Shown here one piece after another: positions 39,183 through 44,063 of a DNA stretch of 44,063 nucleotides. The translations under genes were made by a program, and so were the position numbers. Position 1 is the first letter of the stretch. Each line of letters opens with the position of its first letter. The stretch is from Octopus bimaculoides (taxonomy: Eukaryota): the NCBI RefSeq assembly GCF_001194135.2, contig NC_068985.1:86516744-86560806 (forward strand), given 5' to 3'. The notes below the pieces were generated by a model, which searched no databases, was not told where the DNA came from, and worked only from the letters and a program-made list of their open reading frames with translations.

Positions 39183-39609
39183 AAATTAAAATAAGCAACA
39201 CGGATTTCAAAGATGATTGCAGTACGCACGTTTCATGCTACTCCATTTATTTAAGTAATGCGAGCATTACATTAAATGCAATATGTAGAGCAATCTTCAG
39301 CTGCAGGAAAATGCAGAAAATCACAGTAGAATAGACATATTATAATTGTGGCAACATTTCAAATCCAAGTGGGAGGAAGAATACATAAAAATCCATCTTG
39401 ATATAGCCAAGTCTATCAGGCTAGCCTGATAGACTGAAATGTTGCCACAATTATAATATGTCTATTCTACTGTGATTTTCTGCATTTTCCTGCAGCTGAA
39501 GATTGCTCTACATATTGCATTTAATGTAATGCTCGCATTACTTAAATAAATGGAGTAGCATGAAACGTGCGTACTGCAATCATCTTTGAAATCCATGTTG
39601 CTTATTTTG

Positions 39610-39613
<4 letters not shown>
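39183..39613. repeat. Near-perfect long palindrome with unilateral 49-nt insertion
   Basis: 39183-39360 pairs with 39436-39613 (perfect over 39202-39360, 2 mismatches in the outer 19 nt). The apex is a perfect 26-bp palindrome AGTCTATCAGGCT|AGCCTGATAGACT (39410-39435); 39361-39409 is unpaired. Confidence 0.95.
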
Positions 39614-39643
<30 letters not shown>

Positions 39644-39645
<2 letters not shown>

Positions 39646-39797
39646 ATGGATTACTTTCAGTTACCATCCGACCATCCACTCTTGAGTCTTTGATTGACCT
39701 GAGGCCAGAAGATACTTGCCCAAGGGAGTGTTCCGTAGGACCGAGCTTGAAGCTAAATAGTTGGGAAATGAATTTCTTCAACATGCAGCCATGCCTT
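39644..39797 (-). mobile_element. SINE family A 5' part (diverged)
   Basis: TTTCAGTTACCATC..GAAGATACTTGCCCAAGG..GCAGCCATGCC matches the family A head in reverse. Confidence 0.6.
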
Positions 39798-40116
39798 TGC
39801 TTTCCAGCCATGCCAGTGCCATTTAAAAAAATTGTGTGAAGTGAAAAATCTCTCATCAGAGATCAATATTTCAAGTCAGTGATTAGAGATGTTAATTTAT
39901 TGAATTTGATAAACTTAAGCAATTGTCATTGATATGTGGTTAGTAAATATGCAATTACTTATATCACTCAATCTTACAGAATAAATAGATAACCATTTTT
40001 TATTGATGTGAGGCTGTGTAGTTGATAGACAAATGTATATCTCTATATTTAAGAGATGAGGAATTGTTTACATTATTTACATTTGACAGATATTTGTCCT
40101 CGTCTTGTTTGTTGTT

Positions 40117-40162
40117 AGCACAAAGTTTCAGCTGATATTCCCTCTAGCCTTCATCAGGTGTC
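40117..40162 (-). ncRNA. Inverted, more degenerate copy of the same hammerhead motif
   Basis: Minus strand reads GACAC-CTGATGA-A-GGCTA(GAGGGAATAT)CAGCT-GAAA-CT-TT-GTGCT. Core boxes are intact, but stems I and II carry mismatches. Confidence 0.55.
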
Positions 40163-40326
40163 TTGGGGAAATTTTGAACCCATGGGTATATGGGGTAGTG
40201 GTTAAGAGTGTGGGCTACTAACCCCAAGATTCTGAGTTCGATTCCAAGCAGTGACCTGAATAATATTAATAATAATAATTATAATAATAACATCGAAATG
40301 AGAACCCAGGTTCGAAATTTCCCTAA

Positions 40327-40372
40327 GACACCTGATGAAGGCTGGAGGGTATATCAGCCGAAATGTTGTGTT
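40327..40372 (+). ncRNA. Minimal type I hammerhead ribozyme motif (Penelope-type)
   Basis: GACAC-CTGATGA-A-GGCTG(GAGGGTATAT)CAGCC-GAAA-TG-TT-GTGTT: conserved CUGAUGA and GAAA boxes, perfect 5-bp stem II, stem I GACAC/GTGTT, 1-bp stem III. Confidence 0.7.
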
Positions 40373-41164
40373 AACAACAAACAAGATGAGGACAAATATC
40401 CGTCAAATGTAAATAATGTAAATAATGTAAATGTATAGCTCTTACTAACACGTGGACAGTCAGTAGCATATCTCTTTCATTTCAACTTTCTAGGATATAC
40501 ATCTCTTATTGAGCTAATTTGTTTGGCATAGTCTCCTATTGTATTTCCAATTATTTTATTGTTTTGCCCATCCTCTTATTTACATTGCCGATTCCCTTGT
40601 CGTTATGACCTTGAGGCCGTTTAGCAGGGCCCATTCCATTGAAAGCCTCCAGGTCAAGTCTCTTTATTTGACTTTAGCTTCCTTGCTGTCTCAACACCTT
40701 TCCCCAGTTCCAGAGACCCTATAAAAGATCGTTAACAATGCCTTCCATTCTGATTAAAGAGAAGAATATTGAACTCATAACCTGATACTTCCACACTCCA
40801 GCATGACAACTCATTAAAGATCTCTTATTGCTTAAGGCTTACCAGTAAATATCCACCATCACTAGCTTAAACTGAACAAGCAGTAATCGTATTGATTTAT
40901 TGGCCTAAGACAACTTGTAATGGCTATGGACAAGGTTTTATCTTATAAACACTAAAATCTTAAATCTTGTGCAACCTGTTCCCATTACAAGTTAAATATT
41001 CCTGTCTTTGGGAAGATAGGACATATATCTCTTCAGTTTTAGACAGACAAGATCATTTATATCAAGATGGTCCGGTAATGGTTGTACAACCTGTTTGGAT
41101 GGATTATCAGGCTACATTACTTCCTGGCCTTTGACTTGTGTCAAAAGGACAAGTGATACATACA

Positions 41165-41199
<35 letters not shown>

Positions 41200-41379
41200 G
41201 TACGTACATACATACATACATACATATATACATACATACATACATACATACATACACACATACATACATACATATGCCAGCTCTTTTTGTCGAACAAACT
41301 GCACAAATGATTTGCTTATAGTGATCAGATGTATGCGTTGTACATTAGATCACTCTCTCTATCAAATCGATATTGTCTG

Positions 41380-41528
41380 AACAGGTGCACCCAGGTGTAC
41401 CAAACTTCAGGCACCAATGAGATTGCAGAGCAATGTGAGACGAAGTGTTTTGCTCAAGAACACAATACACCACAAGTTCTGGGAATTGAAACCATGATCT
41501 TATGATCGTGAGTAGAACACCCTAGCTA
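41380..41528 (-). mobile_element. SINE family D
   Basis: Minus strand GGGTGTTCTACTCACGATCATAAG..GGTTTCAATTCCCAG..TTGAGCAAAACACTT. Confidence 0.65.
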
Positions 41529-41658
41529 CATATATGTATACACACACACACATACATGCATACAAACACGTATACATATATATATATGAGTATATACACA
41601 GACATAGATATACATACACACACACATACACACATGCGCATATACATATATACATAAA

Positions 41659-41700
<42 letters not shown>

Positions 41701-42686
41701 ATTTAATATATACACTATTTAAATTTGAGTGACTGTTAATTTCATACTGTGAAAACAGGATTGTCATGCAAGCTTGTGTAGCATGCCATGTGTTTCAAGC
41801 AAACTTACAGAGTTAAATACAAAACGTGGTCTTTTATTAAAAAGGACTAGCGATGAGCCTGAATATCTCCTTGAAAATACATGGCATGCTATATAAGCTT
41901 GTCTGACAATCCTGTTTTCACAGCATGAAACTAATAGTAGCTCAAATTTAAATAGTGTGTATGCTAAATGATAATTATTTTTCACTAGTGTGCTTTGTTG
42001 ATACTATCTATTATGAAAGAGTATTTTATACTCCCTCTTTCTCTCTCATATCAGTTTGATGATGATTACGATGATGATGGTGGTGTGGTGGTAGTGGTGG
42101 TCATGGCGATAACGATTATGATGATGTCATTGGCAGTAAATGCAATAACAATGATAATGATGATAATATCAGTAACTCTTGACTCGGCCCAGCCCACCTT
42201 GATCAAGGAAAACCATGATGAAAGGTATTCCAACCATGACCATTTCATCAGTTGTTCATTATCCATGGTGATTTTATTTTTCGTTAAGTTCTTAAGGTGT
42301 ATCAAAGTAAAGAACAAAATTAATACAATGAACAAAGAGATAATTTATATATTTTGTACAATTACTTGGAAGTGTCCGTTCAGGTTATTAATAGTTTCAA
42401 AGACACCTAGAGTGCTTGAGTAATGACCAGTGGTCATTTGTAATGTGTGCCACCTCATTTACTCAAAAGATTAATCTGCTTTGGCTACAAGGAATATAGT
42501 CCATATTTCTGTTTCTGTTTTGAACTTTCTGGGAAGAATAATACTTTATTGTTGTATCACTACATCACATAATGTTGTTGGGATGAGAAACTTTCTAACT
42601 GACCTTTCAACTTGAAGATTTAATTAAATAAAAAATAAAAAATAAACAAATACATAAATCATAAAATGTTGGTCCAAGAAACTCAC

Positions 42687-42774
42687 AAAGTGAGAATAAC
42701 GGACGTGTAAAAAGAAAAAGAAAAAATCCAAATCAAGAAAGAAACAATTCCAAGAACTCTCTACGATGCACCCC
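42687..42774 (-). other. Candidate 88-nt exon
   Basis: Acceptor GTTCTTACTTTTCAG and donor GTGAGT. One frame is fully open; another gives a TM-like stretch after an in-frame TAG. Confidence 0.25.
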
Positions 42775-43085
42775 CTGAAAAGTAAGAACGGTCCAGTTTA
42801 GAATCATTTGAAAATGGAGAGATACAAAAAACAAATTACAAAAATATATATAAAATAATAAAATAAAAAATGAAATACAATAAAAAAAGCCAACAATACA
42901 TCACTATTTTCATTATTATCTAATCATCACTCCTTCTCTTCACCCTTGGGTTTGATAGATATCATGGTTTTATTATTCATTGGAAATTTTCGGCAATTTC
43001 TTCTTCATTTCATTCCATTTCATTTATATAAGTCTACAGGCGAGAAATTTACCAGACTAATGACAGCTTATGTTGTCATACTTAC

Positions 43086-43144
43086 CACAATCTACACAAC
43101 AAATCACCAAATTGGGAATTGCACAGGAGAAGTGAAGCTTCATA
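43086..43144 (-). other. Candidate 59-nt exon of an unidentified minus-strand transcript
   Basis: Acceptor TTATCTCCGCATGTTCTACAG and donor GTAAGT. Open in two frames ([19 protein letters not shown] or [19 protein letters not shown]). Confidence 0.3.
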
Positions 43145-43179
43145 CTGTAGAACATGCGGAGATAACATAATGAAATAGA

Positions 43180-43242
43180 TATGTATACTTTATGTGTATA
43201 TGCATGTGCATGTGTGTGTATATAGATATGTGTGTGTGTATG

Positions 43243-43308
<66 letters not shown>

Positions 43309-43311
43309 TAT

Positions 43312-43369
<58 letters not shown>

Positions 43370-43382
43370 ATATATGTATATA

Positions 43383-43448
<66 letters not shown>

Positions 43449-43490
43449 TATGTGTGTGTGTGTATGCAAATATGCATACATACATATACA
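43180..43490. repeat. Long compound (TA)n/(TATG)n/(TG)n microsatellite
   Basis: Direct reading; similar tracts at 10200-10850, 38700-38940, 41155-41275, 41530-41700 and 43905-44063. Confidence 0.95.
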
Positions 43491-43936
43491 CACACCATGT
43501 ATTGCCTAGCATCTATCTGCCTGTTTACTAGTTTATGCAGATACAAGAGGGTGGAAAATCTAATACAAAAGAACAAAGAAGGAAAAAATATTGGTTTACA
43601 TTTATTCTGGCCGGTGCCAAATAAAAGCAATACTACATTATTTTATATTCCAGCGTTTAGGGTTTCTTTTCAGGAAAATGATGAAGGAATTGTTGAATTC
43701 TTTGCTGCATTTTTTTGTTCTCTTTCTTATTCTGTCAGAAAGCTTTTATCATTGACATTTTCATTAAATTATCACAGATCAGTGAAGACTAACAGCAGAA
43801 GCAGAAATTTGGTTTTAATTTCAACATTCAACACAGCCCCCAATACCCGTCTATATAGTTGTCAACCTATCTACCTATCTCGATATTTCTGTAGGCATAC
43901 TTATGGGTATCTATATATATATATATGTATATAAAT

Positions 43937-43973
<37 letters not shown>

Positions 43974-44020
43974 CACACATATATATTTATATATATATAT
44001 ATACATATACATATACATAC

Positions 44021-44063
<43 letters not shown>

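Larger units (their letters stand above)
40067..40432 (+). mobile_element. Composite non-autonomous retroelement: inverted terminal arm + tRNA-derived head + (AAT)n + hammerhead-bearing Penelope-like 3' arm
   Basis: 40067-40180 is the reverse complement of 40309-40422 (about 10 mismatches in 114 nt). Between them lies a tRNA-like head with A box TGGGGTAGTGG (40191-40201) and B box GTTCGATTCC (40236-40245), followed by (AAT)n. The element ends in a TGTAAATAA tandem tail. Confidence 0.8.

Noticed and set aside
40184-40258. Functional tRNA gene
   Set aside because: The acceptor stem is poorly paired and the sequence is embedded in a repeat with an (AAT)n tail; it is a SINE head.
40715-40730. 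TATA-like CTATAAAAG as a promoter
   Set aside because: Expected by chance in AT-rich DNA, with no supporting downstream gene.
725-44063. Dozens of ORFs rich in YI/CV/HT/MY repeats or spanning X runs
   Set aside because: They are translations of (TA)n, (TG)n, (CA)n or (TATG)n microsatellites and N-gaps, not genes.
1-44063. CRISPR array, rRNA or prokaryotic operon
   Set aside because: No regularly spaced repeat-spacer units, no rRNA motifs and no dense coding; the sequence is eukaryotic.

Overview
AT-rich, repeat-dense eukaryotic non-coding DNA from a gapped short-read scaffold (7 N-gaps, mostly flanked by microsatellites). The SINE and MITE-like families and the microsatellite load resemble an octopus (coleoid cephalopod) genome; this is an inference from recalled repeat sequences, not a database hit. 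No intact protein-coding gene is supportable, and nearly all listed ORFs are microsatellite or antisense artefacts. The window holds several tRNA-derived SINE families, a (GAT)n-tailed repeat, MITE-like pairs, and degenerate transposon coding relics: an R4/Dong-like LINE, two HERO-like RLE LINE ends, a scrambled Ty3/Gypsy nest (23-28.5 kb) and three or four Tc1/mariner pieces. The most unusual items are: (i) a tRNA-headed element at 40.07-40.43 kb bracketed by inverted arms that each carry a minimal hammerhead-ribozyme core, resembling a Penelope-type terminus fused to a SINE; (ii) a second, unrelated minimal hammerhead at 31.25 kb; (iii) a near-perfect 430-bp palindrome with a one-sided 49-nt bulge at 39.2-39.6 kb; (iv) an 80-bp-arm hairpin at 20.0-20.2 kb; (v) a broken Asp/Asn/Ser-rich coding-like 15-bp minisatellite at 3.4-3.8 kb. 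All alignments and translations were done by eye, so identities are approximate.
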